Assembly (NCBI GenBank): GCA_016195025.1
Contig: JACQAL010000057.1
Location: 46,129-110,128, forward strand
Origin: Bacteroidota bacterium
Lineage (GTDB): Bacteria > Bacteroidota > Bacteroidia > Palsa-948
Length of the DNA stretch: 64,000 nucleotides
Direction of reading: 5' to 3'
Shown: in pieces, positions 43,107 through 54,029 of the stretch
Layout of the letters: the number at the start of each line of letters is the position of its first letter
Position numbering within the stretch: position 1 is the stretch's first letter
Made by a program: the position numbers and the translations under genes
The notes under the pieces: generated by a model
Databases searched by the model: none
What the model saw: the letters and a program-made list of their open reading frames with translations, nothing else
Told to the model about the DNA's origin: nothing

Positions 43107-44275
43107 ATGACAAAGATTGGCATTCTGAGAGAAGAAAAAATTCCTCACGACAAGCGCGTGCCGTTCACGCCTGCGCAATGCAAATTCATCAAAGAAAATT
43201 TTTCTGTTGATATGTTTATTCAGCCAAGTGATTGGCGGGTTTACAAGAATGAAGAATATACTTCTGCCATTGCGATATCCTGATGGGTATAAAAGAAGTT
43301 CCGGTTGCCAATTTGATTCCGAATAAAAAATATTTATTCTTCTCTCACACCATTAAAAAGCAGCCGCACAATCAAAAACTTTTCAAAGCATTGCTCGAGA
43401 AAAAAATTCAGATGATTGACTACGAAACGATGACGGATATTGACCACAACCGCATCATCGGCTTCGGGCATTATGCAGGAATTGTGGGAGCGTACAATGG
43501 AATTCTCGGCTACGGTTCAAAATATAATCTCTTCAAAACAAAACGTGCTGTAGAATGCCACGATTTGAACGAACTGAAAGATGAACTGAAAAAAATTAAT
43601 CTTCCGAACTTAAAAATAATTGTAACCGGAAACGGAAGAGTTGCAAACGGTGCAATTGAAATGCTCGGCTTGCTTCACATCCGCAGAATCACTCCTTACG
43701 AATTCACGCACTACACTTTCCGCGAACCGACTTATACGCAGCTTCATTCCAACAATTACAACGAACCGCTCGATGGCTCGCAGTGGAACACGGAAAATTT
43801 TTATCATCATCCTGAAAAGTTTCGTTCAACTTTTATGAAATACACGCGCTGGTGCGATTTACTGATTCATTGTTCGTACTGGGATCCGCGCGCGCCAAAA
43901 CTTTTTACAAAAGAACAAATGCGTTCGCCCGAGTTCGGCATCAGCGTGATTGCCGATGTTGCCTGCGATATCAATGGCTCCATTCCTTCCACCACAAAAC
44001 CATCCACCATTGAAGAACCGTTTTACGGCTATGATGTGAAGACGGAAAAAATTGTTGAGCCGTTTGCAAAAGATGCCATCACCGTGATGGCAATTGATAA
44101 TCTTCCCTGTGAAATTCCGCGCAATGCCTCCGAAGATTTCGGAAAAGAATTAATTGATAAAGTTCTTCCTTTTCTGCTGGTAAAAGATTCTGACGAAATG
44201 ATTGAGCGCGCAACGATTGTTAAGGATGGAAAACTGATGGAGAGATTTTCTTACCTGAAAGATTACGCTTCGTAA
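43107..44275 (+). pseudogene. AlaDH/PNT-fold NAD(P) oxidoreductase (saccharopine dehydrogenase-like), interrupted by a deletion and frameshift near codon 58
   Basis: Frame A (43107-43283) reads MTKIGILREEKIPHDKRVPFTP...NEEYTSAIAIS*. The +2 frame then continues CDILMGIKEVP... to 44275. The two pieces together form one N-terminal AlaDH/PNT domain. Confidence 0.6.
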
Positions 44276-44929
44276 TTATTTTCCCACCTTCAACTGAGAA
44301 ATCGTCTCCGAAGGATTCTTCGAACCGAACACCGTATTTCCTGCCACCAAAACATCTGCTCCTTCTTTTATTAACTGCGGAGTGTTTTTCAAATCCACAC
44401 CGCCATCAATTTCAATTTTGGCTTTTGATTTTTTTGTGCGAATTAATTGTCGGAGATATTTCACTTTCTGAAAAGTGCTCTCGATAAATTTTTGTCCGCC
44501 AAAACCGGGATTCACGCTCATCATGCACACCAAATCAATTTCAGAAATGATGTCTTGAAGTACATTCACAGGCGTGTGCGGATTAATTGCTACTCCTGCT
44601 TTCATTCCCAAATCTCGAATGGCATGAACGGTGCGGTGAAGATGCGTGCTTGCTTCGTAATGCACGGTGAGATTATCCGCGCCCGCGTCTTTGAATGCCT
44701 GCAAAAAATTATCGGGCTGAACAATCATCAAATGCACATCGAGCGGTTTCTTCGCGTGCTTCTTGATTGCTTTGATAACCGGAATGCCGAAAGAAATATT
44801 AGGAACAAAAACTCCGTCCATCACATCGAGGTGAAACCAATCGGCTTCACTCTTGTTGAGCATTTCAACATCGCGCTGAAGGTTTGCAAAATCGGCTGAG
44901 AGAATGGAAGGAGCTACCAAATGTTTCAT
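44276..44929 (-). CDS. rpe: ribulose-phosphate 3-epimerase
   Basis: APSILSADFANL, HLDVMDG.FVPN, and VNPGFGGQKFI. Confidence 0.9.
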   Translation of the reverse strand: MKHLVAPSILSADFANLQRDVEMLNKSEADWFHLDVMDGVFVPNISFGIPVIKAIKKHAKKPLDVHLMIVQPDNFLQAFKDAGADNLTVHYEASTHLHRTVHAIRDLGMKAGVAINPHTPVNVLQDIISEIDLVCMMSVNPGFGGQKFIESTFQKVKYLRQLIRTKKSKAKIEIDGGVDLKNTPQLIKEGADVLVAGNTVFGSKNPSETISQLKVGK

Positions 44930-44967
44930 ATATCAAAGATACGCATCATAAACAAACCGCAAATACA

Positions 44968-45085
44968 AATTAGTTATTAGTTGTTGGTTAAAAGTTGTAG
45001 TGTATCAGTTATTGGTTATAGGCACACAGGTAACCAAAACTAAAAACTAAATAACTGAAACTTCAAACCAAAAATCATAAACTAA
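44968..45085. repeat. imperfect long word hairpin (agtt/ggtta versus aacc/aact words) downstream of rpoD
   Basis: The left arm ttagttattagttgttggttaaaagttgtagtgtatcagttattggttat is partly complementary to gtaaccaaaactaaaaactaaataactgaaacttcaaacc. Confidence 0.5.
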
Positions 45086-45109
45086 AAAATAAAAATGAAA
45101 AATGGAATT

Positions 45110-45979
45110 CTAACCAAGATAAGCTTTTAGCAGTTTACTGCGTGACGAATGCTTAAGCCTGCGGATTGCTTTTTCTTTTATCTGGCGAACACGCTCGCGG
45201 GTAAGAGCAAATTTTTCTCCAATCTCTTCGAGCGTTTGTGCAGGTCCGCCATGCAAACCAAAATATAAACGAAGCACATCGGCTTCGCGGTTGGAAAGTG
45301 TTCCGAGTGCGCGTTCAATTTCTTTTCTCAGGGATTCACTGAGCAAACTTGTATCGGGTTTTGGCCCTTCTCCATCCTGCAAAACTTCGTACATGTTGCC
45401 AGCGTCATCTTCGCTCGAGAGAAGCGGAGCATCCATAGAAATATGTTTTCCCGTGTTGCGGATAGAATCTTTTACATCATCAGGAAGAACGCCAAGTGTT
45501 TCAGCAATTTCTTCGTGAGTAGGTTCGCGCTCGTATGCCTGCTCGAGTTTGGAAAAAACTTTGTTTACCTTATTAATAGAACCGATTTTATTCAGCGGCA
45601 GACGAACAATTCTCGCCTGCTCTGCCAACGCCTGCAAAATAGATTGACGAATCCACCACACTGCATAAGAAATAAATTTGAATCCGCGGGTTTCGTCAAA
45701 ACGCTGCGCGGCTTTTATCAATCCGAGATTGCCTTCATTAATCAAATCCGGCAAACTCAATCCCTGATTCTGATACTGCTTGGAAACGGAAACCACGAAA
45801 CGCAGATTCGCGCGCACCATTTTATCGAGCGCACTCACATCGCCCGCTTTAATTCGCTTTGCCAATTCCACTTCGTCTTCGGCAGTAATCAAACTCTCGC
45901 GTGAAATTTCGTGAAGATATTTTTCCAGCGAAGCGGTTTCGCGGTTAGTAATTTGCTTGGTGATTTTTAACTGGCGCAT
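45110..45979 (-). CDS. rpoD: primary RNA polymerase sigma factor (short Bacteroidota sigma-A)
   Basis: 289 aa with regions 2-4 ([42 protein letters not shown]). Confidence 0.9.
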   Translation of the reverse strand: MRQLKITKQITNRETASLEKYLHEISRESLITAEDEVELAKRIKAGDVSALDKMVRANLRFVVSVSKQYQNQGLSLPDLINEGNLGLIKAAQRFDETRGFKFISYAVWWIRQSILQALAEQARIVRLPLNKIGSINKVNKVFSKLEQAYEREPTHEEIAETLGVLPDDVKDSIRNTGKHISMDAPLLSSEDDAGNMYEVLQDGEGPKPDTSLLSESLRKEIERALGTLSNREADVLRLYFGLHGGPAQTLEEIGEKFALTRERVRQIKEKAIRRLKHSSRSKLLKAYLG

Positions 45980-46039
45980 GCGGTAAAATTAATTCAGCAT
46001 TAAAAGTACATAAAATTCTGTTCCCGAAAAAAGAGAATA

Positions 46040-46047
46040 CAAATGTA
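46040..46047 (-). promoter_or_regulatory. -7 box TAcaTTTG upstream of rpoD
   Basis: Reverse complement of caaatgta, about 60 nt upstream of the start at 45979. Confidence 0.4.
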
Positions 46048-46101
46048 TGCGTCCATTCGGAATGGCAAAATATTTAAGAAAGAAAAAACTCGGGCAATAA
46101 T

Positions 46102-48249
46102 TTACGCCTGCTCTTTCTTTTCCGGTCTTGGCAGAAGCGCTTTGCGAGAAAGACGAAGCTTGCCTGATTTTCTATCCACTTCTAGCAACTTCACTTTCAC
46201 CGGGTCTCCTTCTTTCAAAATTCCCTGCAAAGATTCCAAACGCTTGTGGTCAACTTCTGAAATGTGCAGGAGTCCTTCCTTGCCTGGAAGAATTTCCACG
46301 AACGCTCCATAAGGCATAATGCTCGTAACTTTTCCGAGATATTCCTGCCCTTCTTCGGGAACAGTTGTGATGCCTTTGATTTTCGCAACGGCTTTGTCAA
46401 TTCCTTCTTTATTGTCGGAGAAAATATCTACCACTCCTTTTCCGTCCACTTCTTCAATTACAATAGTGCATCCCGTTTCGCGCTGCATCTCCTGAATAAT
46501 TTTTCCACCGGGGCCGATAACCGCACCGATGAATTCTTTGTCAATGATGAGCTGAACAATTCTTGGCGCGTGCGATTTATAATCGGTGCGTGGAGCAGAA
46601 ATTGTTTTTTCCATTTCCGCGAGAATATGCAAGCGTCCTTGCTTTGCCTGGTCGAGTGCTTTTGCCATCACTTCGTATGGAAGTCCGTCCACTTTCAAAT
46701 CCATCTGCGTGGCTGTGATTCCATCTTTCGTTCCGGTAACTTTGAAATCCATATCGCCCAAATGGTCTTCGTCTCCGAGAATATCGGAAAGCACCGCGAA
46801 CTTTTTATTATCGGTAATTAATCCCATCGCAATTCCTCCAACAGGTTTTGAAATCTGAACGCCTGCATCCATCAGCGCCAAACTTCCCGCGCAAACTGTC
46901 GCCATCGAAGACGAACCGTTCGATTCAAGAATGTCGGACACCACGCGAACCGTGTAAGGATTTTCTTTCGGCATCACTTGCATTAAAGAACGGTGTGCCA
47001 GATTTCCGTGACCGGTTTCCCTGCGCGAAGTTCCGCGCATCATTTTCACTTCGCCCGTTGAGAACGGAGGAAAATTATAATGAAGCATAAAAGTTTTTTC
47101 TCCCTGGAAAAGCGCGCCATCAATAGTAAGCGAATCTAATTTTGTTCCGAGTGTAACGGTGGTGAGCGACTGAGTTTCTCCCCGTGTGAAAATTGCCGAG
47201 CCATGTGTCATCGGAAGATATCCTACTTCACTCCATATCGGCCGGATGTCGGTAGTTTTTCTTCCATCCAAACGGATTCCTTCATTCAGAACTGCGGAAC
47301 GCATTGCATCGTATTCCAAATCGTGATAATATTTTTTGGCAAGCTTCTTTTTCTTTTCAGTTTCTTTATCCGTAGATCCTGAAACAAGTTCAGGATGACT
47401 TGCAAGAAATTCATCTATGATGGCTCCGAAAAGTTTTTTGCGTTCATGCTTGCTGGGATTTCCTGATTTTGCAACAGCATAAATTTTATCGTAAGTGGCT
47501 TTGCGGATTTCTTCGCGCAATGTTTCGTCTTCAACCGGTGCAACAATGGCGCGTTTTTGTTTCTCTCCAACTTTTTTCACCAGTTCATTGATGGCGCGAA
47601 TTTGTTTTTTAATTGCCTCGTGTGCGAACTTGATAGCTTCGAGCATATCGGCTTCCTGGACTTCTTTCATTTCGCCTTCCACCATATTTATATTTTTCTC
47701 GGAAGCAGCAACAATGATGTCAATGTCGGCTCTTTCCAAATCGGATATTGATGGGTTCACAACAAACTTTCCGTCAATGCGCGCAGCGCGAACTTCGGAA
47801 ATCGGGCCATTGAACGGAATATCCGAAACCGCAAGCGCTGCAGAAGCGGCAAGACCTGCATAACAATCAGCCATTGTATTTCTGTCGGCAGAGATGAGAT
47901 AAATTAAAACCTGCGTTTCATTTCTGTAATCTTCGGGAAAAAGCGGACGAAGCGCGCGGTCAACTAAACGGCTGGTTAAAATTTCGTGTTCGCTCGGGCG
48001 TGCTTCGCGTTTGAAAAATCCTCCGGGAATTCTTCCTGCCGAAGCAAATTTTTCCTGGTAATCCACCGAGAGCGGAAAAAAGTCAATGTCTTCTTTGGGG
48101 GTTTGATTGGAAACTACGGATGCGAGAAGCATTGTGTCGCCAATTTTTACAACAACAGAGCCGTCTGCCTGCCGTGCGAGTTTTCCTGTTTCGAGTTCAA
48201 CGGTGCGGCCGTCTCCTAAATCGAATGTATGTGTGCTGTGTTTTGACAT
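46102..48249 (-). CDS. pnp: polyribonucleotide nucleotidyltransferase (PNPase)
   Basis: 715 aa with two RNase PH domains, a KH domain and an S1 domain ([27 protein letters not shown]). Confidence 0.95.
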   Translation of the reverse strand: MSKHSTHTFDLGDGRTVELETGKLARQADGSVVVKIGDTMLLASVVSNQTPKEDIDFFPLSVDYQEKFASAGRIPGGFFKREARPSEHEILTSRLVDRALRPLFPEDYRNETQVLIYLISADRNTMADCYAGLAASAALAVSDIPFNGPISEVRAARIDGKFVVNPSISDLERADIDIIVAASEKNINMVEGEMKEVQEADMLEAIKFAHEAIKKQIRAINELVKKVGEKQKRAIVAPVEDETLREEIRKATYDKIYAVAKSGNPSKHERKKLFGAIIDEFLASHPELVSGSTDKETEKKKKLAKKYYHDLEYDAMRSAVLNEGIRLDGRKTTDIRPIWSEVGYLPMTHGSAIFTRGETQSLTTVTLGTKLDSLTIDGALFQGEKTFMLHYNFPPFSTGEVKMMRGTSRRETGHGNLAHRSLMQVMPKENPYTVRVVSDILESNGSSSMATVCAGSLALMDAGVQISKPVGGIAMGLITDNKKFAVLSDILGDEDHLGDMDFKVTGTKDGITATQMDLKVDGLPYEVMAKALDQAKQGRLHILAEMEKTISAPRTDYKSHAPRIVQLIIDKEFIGAVIGPGGKIIQEMQRETGCTIVIEEVDGKGVVDIFSDNKEGIDKAVAKIKGITTVPEEGQEYLGKVTSIMPYGAFVEILPGKEGLLHISEVDHKRLESLQGILKEGDPVKVKLLEVDRKSGKLRLSRKALLPRPEKKEQA

Positions 48250-48363
48250 GATAAAGAAATTATGAATTATGAATTATAGATTATGAATGTAAAAGGTCAG
48301 TTGATAGTTGCTTGTAACCAGTTGTTAAATACAACTAACCACTTACGACTAACCACTAACAAA

Positions 48364-48633
48364 TTACTTACGGATTTCGAGAGTTTTCAAAAGCGCGCGG
48401 TACTTTTCCAAATCTTTGCGCTTGAGATAATCGAGTAAGTGTTTGCGTTTGCTTACGAGAAGAAGAAGAGAACGCTGGGTTCCTTTATCTTTTTTCAGGC
48501 GGTTGAGATGCTCTGTAAGATGATTAATGCGGGTGGTGAACATGGCAATCTGCACTTCGGCAGAACCACTGTCCTTGTCAGATTTGCCGTGTTTCTTAGC
48601 TAAATCTTTTTTGAGTTCTTTTGTTAATGACAT
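48364..48633 (-). CDS. rpsO: 30S ribosomal protein S15
   Basis: 89 aa with GSAEVQIA..T.RI..LTEHL...KKD..S.R.LL.LV.KR..LL.YL. Confidence 0.95.
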   Translation of the reverse strand: MSLTKELKKDLAKKHGKSDKDSGSAEVQIAMFTTRINHLTEHLNRLKKDKGTQRSLLLLVSKRKHLLDYLKRKDLEKYRALLKTLEIRK

Positions 48634-48649
48634 TTGTTTTCAAAATTGT

Positions 48650-48666
48650 CTCCGCCCGATGCGGAG
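48650..48666 (-). promoter_or_regulatory. hairpin in the rpsO 5' leader (ctccgc-N5-gcggag)
   Basis: 6-bp GC stem located 17-33 nt upstream of the rpsO start and downstream of the predicted -7 box. Confidence 0.4.
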
Positions 48667-48696
48667 GTTATTTTTTACTTTTTGTTTTTAGGAGCG

Positions 48697-48704
48697 CAAA
48701 GATA
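48697..48704 (-). promoter_or_regulatory. -7 box TAtcTTTG upstream of rpsO
   Basis: Reverse complement of caaagata, about 65 nt upstream of the rpsO start. Confidence 0.45.
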
Positions 48705-48721
48705 AAAGAATAATTCAAACA

Positions 48722-48729
48722 TAAGTTTG
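48722..48729 (+). promoter_or_regulatory. -7 box TAagTTTG upstream of purQ
   Basis: Exact TAnnTTTG match, 54 nt upstream of the ATG at 48783, in the region divergent from the rpsO promoter. Confidence 0.4.
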
Positions 48730-48782
48730 TCTTTTGGCACTATTTTCTTCGTAAATTCGGGCAGAGAAAAAAAATTTAATTT

Positions 48783-49475
48783 ATGAAATTCGGTGTAGTA
48801 ATTTTCCCCGGCTCTAATTGCGACCATGATATGATTTATGTTCTTCGGAAAATCATGAATCAGGAAGTGGTCGAACTCTGGCACAAGGACCACTCGCTTC
48901 AAAATTGCGATATGATAATTCTTCCCGGAGGATTTTCGTATGGAGATTATTTACGCTCGGGCGCAATCGCCCGCTTTTCTCCTATCATGAAAGAGGTCTC
49001 CGAGTTTGCCGATAAAGGCGGATTTGTTTTTGGAGTTTGCAACGGCTTCCAAATTTTATGCGAAGCGGGATTAACTCCGGGCGCGTTGCTTCACAACACC
49101 GACAGAAAATTTCATTGCAAAAATGTTTTTCTGAAAGTTCAGAATACCGATACGCTCATTACATCAGTAATTCCGAAAGATAAAGCGCTGAAAATTCCCA
49201 TCGCGCACGGAGAAGGAAATTATTTCAATGATACTGAATCGCTGAAAAAGATGAATGAGAAAGGGCAAATTCTTTTTCGCTACTGCGATGAAAAAGGAAA
49301 TATTACTGAGGAAGCAAATCCCAACGGCTCCATTGAAAACATTGCAGGTGTGTGCAACGAGAAGAAAAATGTTTTTGGAATGATGCCGCATCCCGAACGT
49401 GCATCCGATGGTGAATTGGGAAATACAGATGGAAAATTTTTGTTCGAATCCATTTTGAATCTGGTGCAGGCGTAA
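48783..49475 (+). CDS. purQ: phosphoribosylformylglycinamidine synthase subunit PurQ (glutaminase)
   Basis: GFSYGDYLR, nucleophile GVCNGFQIL, and MMPHPER. Confidence 0.9.
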   Translation: MKFGVVIFPGSNCDHDMIYVLRKIMNQEVVELWHKDHSLQNCDMIILPGGFSYGDYLRSGAIARFSPIMKEVSEFADKGGFVFGVCNGFQILCEAGLTPGALLHNTDRKFHCKNVFLKVQNTDTLITSVIPKDKALKIPIAHGEGNYFNDTESLKKMNEKGQILFRYCDEKGNITEEANPNGSIENIAGVCNEKKNVFGMMPHPERASDGELGNTDGKFLFESILNLVQA

Positions 49476-49476
49476 T

Positions 49477-50019
49477 CTACGGTAAAAAAAATTTTACGCT
49501 CTTTCCCTTTTTCTTTCTTTCCCGGATTAACGTAGAGGAAATATCAATCAGCGGAGCATTGAAATAAGTTACATGTTTATATTTCCACAAACGTTTTAGA
49601 ACATTTTTATTTAAATAAGTTCTTCGCGGGTAAACATATATTTCAAACTTCTTTAGAATTTTTTTATGCTCCTTCCACTTATGAAAAGAAACCAGGTTAT
49701 CTAATCCAAGTATAAGAATAAATTTTTTTTGGGAAAATTTTTTCTTTAATGCTTCTAGCGTATTTATAGTATAAGACGGCAGTGGAAGTTTAAACTCAAT
49801 ATCGCTGACTTTTATTTTCGGATTTTTCCCTATTGCTTTTTTAACTTGCAATAATCTCCTTTTTGCATTTGCAAGATTTTTTTTTTCTTTTAAAGGATTA
49901 TGAGGAGAAACTATCAGCCATACCTGGTTTAAATCGGTTTGCTCTGCCATAAACTTTGCTATGGCAATGTGGCCATTATGAATGGGATTAAATGAGCCGA
50001 AGAGCAAACCAATTTTCAT
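49477..50019 (-). CDS. nadD: nicotinate-nucleotide adenylyltransferase
   Basis: GSFNPIHNGH (HxGH motif) and a C-terminal ISST.IR motif. Confidence 0.8.
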   Translation of the reverse strand: MKIGLLFGSFNPIHNGHIAIAKFMAEQTDLNQVWLIVSPHNPLKEKKNLANAKRRLLQVKKAIGKNPKIKVSDIEFKLPLPSYTINTLEALKKKFSQKKFILILGLDNLVSFHKWKEHKKILKKFEIYVYPRRTYLNKNVLKRLWKYKHVTYFNAPLIDISSTLIRERKKKGKSVKFFLP

Positions 50020-50588
50020 TTCCCGAGGAATTCGGAAATTAATTTTTCTGCTTCTTCGGTTGCCTTCTCTAGATTTTCATTCACAAGAATTTTATCAAAC
50101 TGGTCAGCCACTTTCATTTCTTCTTTCGCTTTTGAAATTCTTTTAGCGATATTTTCCTGCGTTTCTGTTTTTCTTTCTTTGAGGCGCTGCTCCAGAATTT
50201 TTATGGAAGGCGGCATGACAAAAATTGCAAATGCCCGCCTGCCGAATTTTCTTTTCAAGTTAATTCCTCCCTGAACATCCAAATCAAATATTATGTGTTT
50301 CCCCCTGCTCCAAATTCTTTCCAGTTCTGATTGCAGCGTTCCATAAAATTGTCCGGTATAAACTTCTTCCCACTCTGCAAATTCATTTTTCTTGATTTTA
50401 TTTTTGAACTCTTCTGTGGAGATGAAATAATAATCTTTTCCGTCAGTTTCATTCGGGCGTTTTGCGCGTGTGCACGCAGAAATGGAAAACTCTAACTGGT
50501 CAGAAAATTTTTGCAGAATACGGTGGACTATAGTTGTTTTGCCGGCACCGGAAGGAGCAGAAAAAATTATGAGTTTGCCATTGCTCAT
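50016..50588 (-). CDS. gmk: guanylate kinase
   Basis: P-loop SAPSGAGKTT, then ISACTRAKRPNE.DGKDYYF. Confidence 0.9.
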   Translation of the reverse strand: MSNGKLIIFSAPSGAGKTTIVHRILQKFSDQLEFSISACTRAKRPNETDGKDYYFISTEEFKNKIKKNEFAEWEEVYTGQFYGTLQSELERIWSRGKHIIFDLDVQGGINLKRKFGRRAFAIFVMPPSIKILEQRLKERKTETQENIAKRISKAKEEMKVADQFDKILVNENLEKATEEAEKLISEFLGK

Positions 50589-51454
50589 AAAACATTGTTG
50601 AGTTGTTCTTTGATTTTTTCCAATTCGTCCTTCATTTGTACCACCACTTTTTGAATTCCGGCATCACTCGCTTTCGAGCCGATGGTATTTATTTCTCTTC
50701 CTATTTCCTGAGAAATAAATCCAAGTTTTCTTCCGCATTCATTTTCATTCATGGTTTGCAGAAAATAATCACAGTGTGTTTTCAGGCGGACTTTTTCTTC
50801 TGTGATGTCTAATTTCTCTATATGGTAAATTAATTCCTGCTCAAAACGATTTTCGTCAATTCTATCTTTGGAAATTAATTCTTCAAGATTTTTTCTGAGT
50901 TTTTCTTTTATGATTTCAATTCTTCCTTTATCAAGAGCATCAACTTGCAAAAGATATTTCAGAACAAAATCAATCCGCTTGCGCAAATCTTTTTCAAGTG
51001 ATTTTCCTTCGCTTGTTCTGAATTTATCGAGAGCCGAAACGGCTTTGCCAATACAAGAGAGTACCACTTTCCAATCGTGCGCAGTAAATTCTTCTTTCTC
51101 TGGTTTAAAAATATCAGGCATTCGCAACAAGGCAAGAAGCATTTCTTCATCGGGCAGTTTTAATTCTCTGCAAAGAGATTTTAATTCCGCAAAATGTTTT
51201 TTAGCAATGGTTTTATTCAGCGAAACATGTCTTTCTTCGAGTGAAGAATCAAATATAACGGTCAAATCAATTTTTCCCCGCCTGAGTTTTTCAGAAAGAA
51301 AATTTTTTAATTCAATCTCTTTGTCGCGAAATAAATTGGGAAGCCGGAAATTTGTATCCAGTCCCTTGCTGTTTACTGAACGCGCTTCCACAGAAATTTT
51401 TCTATCCTTCACCTTGCCGGCCGATTTGCCGAAACCAGTCATTGATTTAATCAT
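50585..51454 (-). CDS. yicC: YicC-family stress-induced protein
   Basis: MIKSMTGFGK start (the ATG at 51454 is preferred over 51496) and a C-terminal EIGREINTIGSKA.D motif. Confidence 0.8.
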   Translation of the reverse strand: MIKSMTGFGKSAGKVKDRKISVEARSVNSKGLDTNFRLPNLFRDKEIELKNFLSEKLRRGKIDLTVIFDSSLEERHVSLNKTIAKKHFAELKSLCRELKLPDEEMLLALLRMPDIFKPEKEEFTAHDWKVVLSCIGKAVSALDKFRTSEGKSLEKDLRKRIDFVLKYLLQVDALDKGRIEIIKEKLRKNLEELISKDRIDENRFEQELIYHIEKLDITEEKVRLKTHCDYFLQTMNENECGRKLGFISQEIGREINTIGSKASDAGIQKVVVQMKDELEKIKEQLNNVL

Positions 51455-51488
51455 GCTGCGAATATCAGATAAATATTGAAGACAACAA

Positions 51489-52652
51489 TCACTCAAACAT
51501 CTCCTTCATCCGCTCGAAAAAACTTTTGTCTTTTTTATCGGGATGCGGTTCGAAGTTTTCTGACTCGCGGAGTTTTTCGAGCGCCTTTTTTTCCTCGGAA
51601 GATAAATGCTGGGGAGTCCAAACATTGATGCTGATAAGCAAATCTCCCCTGCCGTAGCCGTTCACATCGGGGATTCCTTTTCCCTTTAGCCGGAGAATTT
51701 TTCCGGGCTGAGTTCCGGCATCAATTTTCACTTTTGCTTTTCCTTCCAGCGTTGGCACTTCCACTGAAGTTCCTATAGCCGCGTCTACAAAATTCAAATG
51801 GTGTTCGTAATAAATGTTATTTCCTTCTCTTTCGAAATGTTCGTGTTCCTGTTCTTCAATCGCGATAATCAAATCTCCAGGAATTCCTCCGCGCGGTCCT
51901 GCATTTCCTTTTCCGCTCATGGAAAGTTGCATTCCTTCCACAACTCCTGCCGGAATATTTATGGTAATCACTTCTTCTCCGCGCATGATTCCATCACCGT
52001 TGCAATAGCGGCATTTATCAGTGATGATTTGTCCTTCACCTCCGCATTGCGGGCAAGTGGAAGCAGTTTGCATGTAGCCAAGAATAGTTTGCTGCGTACG
52101 CGTTACTTGCCCGGTTCCTCGGCAAGTGGAGCAAGTGCTGAAGCCCGAACCTTTTTGCGCGCCTGTTCCGTTACAATGCGAGCATGAAATATATTTATGA
52201 ACTTTAATTTTTTTCTCAACACCTTTCGCAATTTCTTCGAGCGTAAGTTTTACTTTGATGCGGAGATTGGTTCCTTTGTTTACTCTTCTCCTGCTTCTCT
52301 GTCCGCCTCCGAAAAAACTTTCAAACGGATGCTCGCCTCCGAAAATATCTCCGAAGCGCGAAAAAATATCTTCCATGTCCATGTGCTGAAATCCTCCACC
52401 GCCATAGCTGCCACCACTATATCCTCCTCCGACTCCGGCATGACCGTGCTGGTCGTATCGTTTGCGCTTGTCATTATCTCCAAGTATTTCGTATGCCTCA
52501 GCCGCTTCTTTAAATTTTTCTTCGGCTTCTTTGTTATTTGGATTTCTGTCAGGATGAAATTCCAATGCCTTCTTTCGGTATGCTTTTTTTATTTCATCCG
52601 CGCTTGCTCCTTTCGGAACTCCTAATATGTCATAATAATCTCGCTTCGCCAT
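51489..52652 (-). CDS. dnaJ: molecular chaperone DnaJ
   Basis: J domain DYYDILGV...HPD, a G/F region, and four CxxCxGxG zinc motifs. Confidence 0.95.
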   Translation of the reverse strand: MAKRDYYDILGVPKGASADEIKKAYRKKALEFHPDRNPNNKEAEEKFKEAAEAYEILGDNDKRKRYDQHGHAGVGGGYSGGSYGGGGFQHMDMEDIFSRFGDIFGGEHPFESFFGGGQRSRRRVNKGTNLRIKVKLTLEEIAKGVEKKIKVHKYISCSHCNGTGAQKGSGFSTCSTCRGTGQVTRTQQTILGYMQTASTCPQCGGEGQIITDKCRYCNGDGIMRGEEVITINIPAGVVEGMQLSMSGKGNAGPRGGIPGDLIIAIEEQEHEHFEREGNNIYYEHHLNFVDAAIGTSVEVPTLEGKAKVKIDAGTQPGKILRLKGKGIPDVNGYGRGDLLISINVWTPQHLSSEEKKALEKLRESENFEPHPDKKDKSFFERMKEMFE

Positions 52653-52663
52653 AAAATTTTATT

Positions 52664-52760
52664 TCCTGTTAACGAAATAACGAATTTGTTTGCGAATTTT
52701 ACAAATCGGAGTTGTATTCATTCGTAATATTCGTTATTAGATTTGTTGCTTCGTAACCAG
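52664..52760. repeat. imperfect word hairpin (aacgaa / ttcgt words) between grpE and dnaJ
   Basis: cctgttaacgaaataacgaat is partly complementary to attcgttattagatttgttgcttcgtaaccag. Confidence 0.5.
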
Positions 52761-52765
52761 AAAAA

Positions 52766-53317
52766 TTATTGTCCAACAATTACTTTAGCATGCCGAATCA
52801 CTTTTCCATTCAGATAATATCCTTTTTCCACTTCCTCAATCACTTTTCCTTTTTGTTCTTCCGAAGGAGCGGGAACATTGGTGACTGCATCGTGTAAATC
52901 AGGATTAAAAATTTCTCCTGTAGATTTCATTTCCTGCAAGCCGCTTTGCATTAAAATATTTTTGAGTTTGTTGTAAATAAGTTCTTCGCCTTGTTTGAAA
53001 ATATTAATATCGGAAATTTCTTTCATGGATTTAAACGCGCGTTCAAAATCATCGAGCACAGGAATTATTTTCGCAAAGATTTCTTCTCCGGCAAATTTCA
53101 GGAGTTCAATTCTTTCTTTTGAAACTCTTTTTCTAAAATTTTCGAAATCGGCATAGAGCCGGACATATTTATCGTTTAGTTCCGCAAGTTTTTCTTCAGC
53201 GGATTTTTCTTTGGGAATTTCCGCTGATTCTTTTCCGTTCTCCTTTTCTGAAGAAACATTTTCGTCTTTCACTTCTTCCGGAGAATTTTTTTCCTCCTGA
53301 TTATTTTTCTTGCTCAT
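52766..53317 (-). CDS. grpE: nucleotide exchange factor GrpE
   Basis: RL.ADFENFRKR motif and a C-terminal GY.LNGKVIR.A.V. Confidence 0.9.
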   Translation of the reverse strand: MSKKNNQEEKNSPEEVKDENVSSEKENGKESAEIPKEKSAEEKLAELNDKYVRLYADFENFRKRVSKERIELLKFAGEEIFAKIIPVLDDFERAFKSMKEISDINIFKQGEELIYNKLKNILMQSGLQEMKSTGEIFNPDLHDAVTNVPAPSEEQKGKVIEEVEKGYYLNGKVIRHAKVIVGQ

Positions 53318-53369
53318 AGATTTTTAGATGTGCTTATGCAATGTCAAATAACCTGCCACCAAAAGAGAG

Positions 53370-53377
53370 CAAATATA
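53370..53377 (-). promoter_or_regulatory. -7 box TAtaTTTG upstream of grpE-dnaJ
   Basis: Reverse complement of caaatata, about 55 nt upstream of the grpE start. Confidence 0.4.
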
Positions 53378-53466
53378 ATAAAGCCAAAGTGTCGGAAAAT
53401 GACAGGAGAAAATAAAAAAGACAGCCCCCCTTTTGACGAACTGTCTTATTAATTAAGGAAGGAAAT

Positions 53467-54009
53467 TTATTTCACATACTTTTCCAACTCTGCGTCAAGT
53501 GCCGGACCACGAAGAGCTTTAGCGAGAATAATTCCATTTGCGTCAATAAGAAAGTTTGTTGGAATGGCATTAATACCGTAAATCTTGCAGGCATCAGAGT
53601 TCCACCATTTCAAATCGCTTACGTGATTCGGCCAAACCAAACCATCTTTCTCAATCGCTTTTGTCCATGCTTCTTTCTGATTGTCGAGCGACACGGAATA
53701 AATTTCAAAACCTTTGGCGTCTTTAAATTTTTTATCCTTGAATTTATTGTAAGCCGCCACCACATTCGGATTTTCATAGCGGCACGGACCACACCACGAA
53801 GCCCAGAAATCTACCAGCACAATTTTTCCTTTGAACGAAGAGAGAAAAATAAATTTTCCGTCAACGCCCGGAAGTTTCAGTTCGGGCGCTTTGTTGCCGA
53901 TTTCCAAACCGACTACGGGTTCTGTTTTCTGTCCCGAAGGGATCCCTCCCGAAAAAGAAAAAAGAGTTGCTGTGGCGATTAAAATGAGAAGTGAAATTAT
54001 TTTTTTCAT
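53467..54009 (-). CDS. TlpA-like thiol-disulfide oxidoreductase (thioredoxin fold)
   Basis: Signal peptide and FWASWCGPCR (a CxxC motif). Confidence 0.8.
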   Translation of the reverse strand: MKKIISLLILIATATLFSFSGGIPSGQKTEPVVGLEIGNKAPELKLPGVDGKFIFLSSFKGKIVLVDFWASWCGPCRYENPNVVAAYNKFKDKKFKDAKGFEIYSVSLDNQKEAWTKAIEKDGLVWPNHVSDLKWWNSDACKIYGINAIPTNFLIDANGIILAKALRGPALDAELEKYVK

Positions 54010-54029
54010 ATTGAAAAGTTTTTTGTTAT

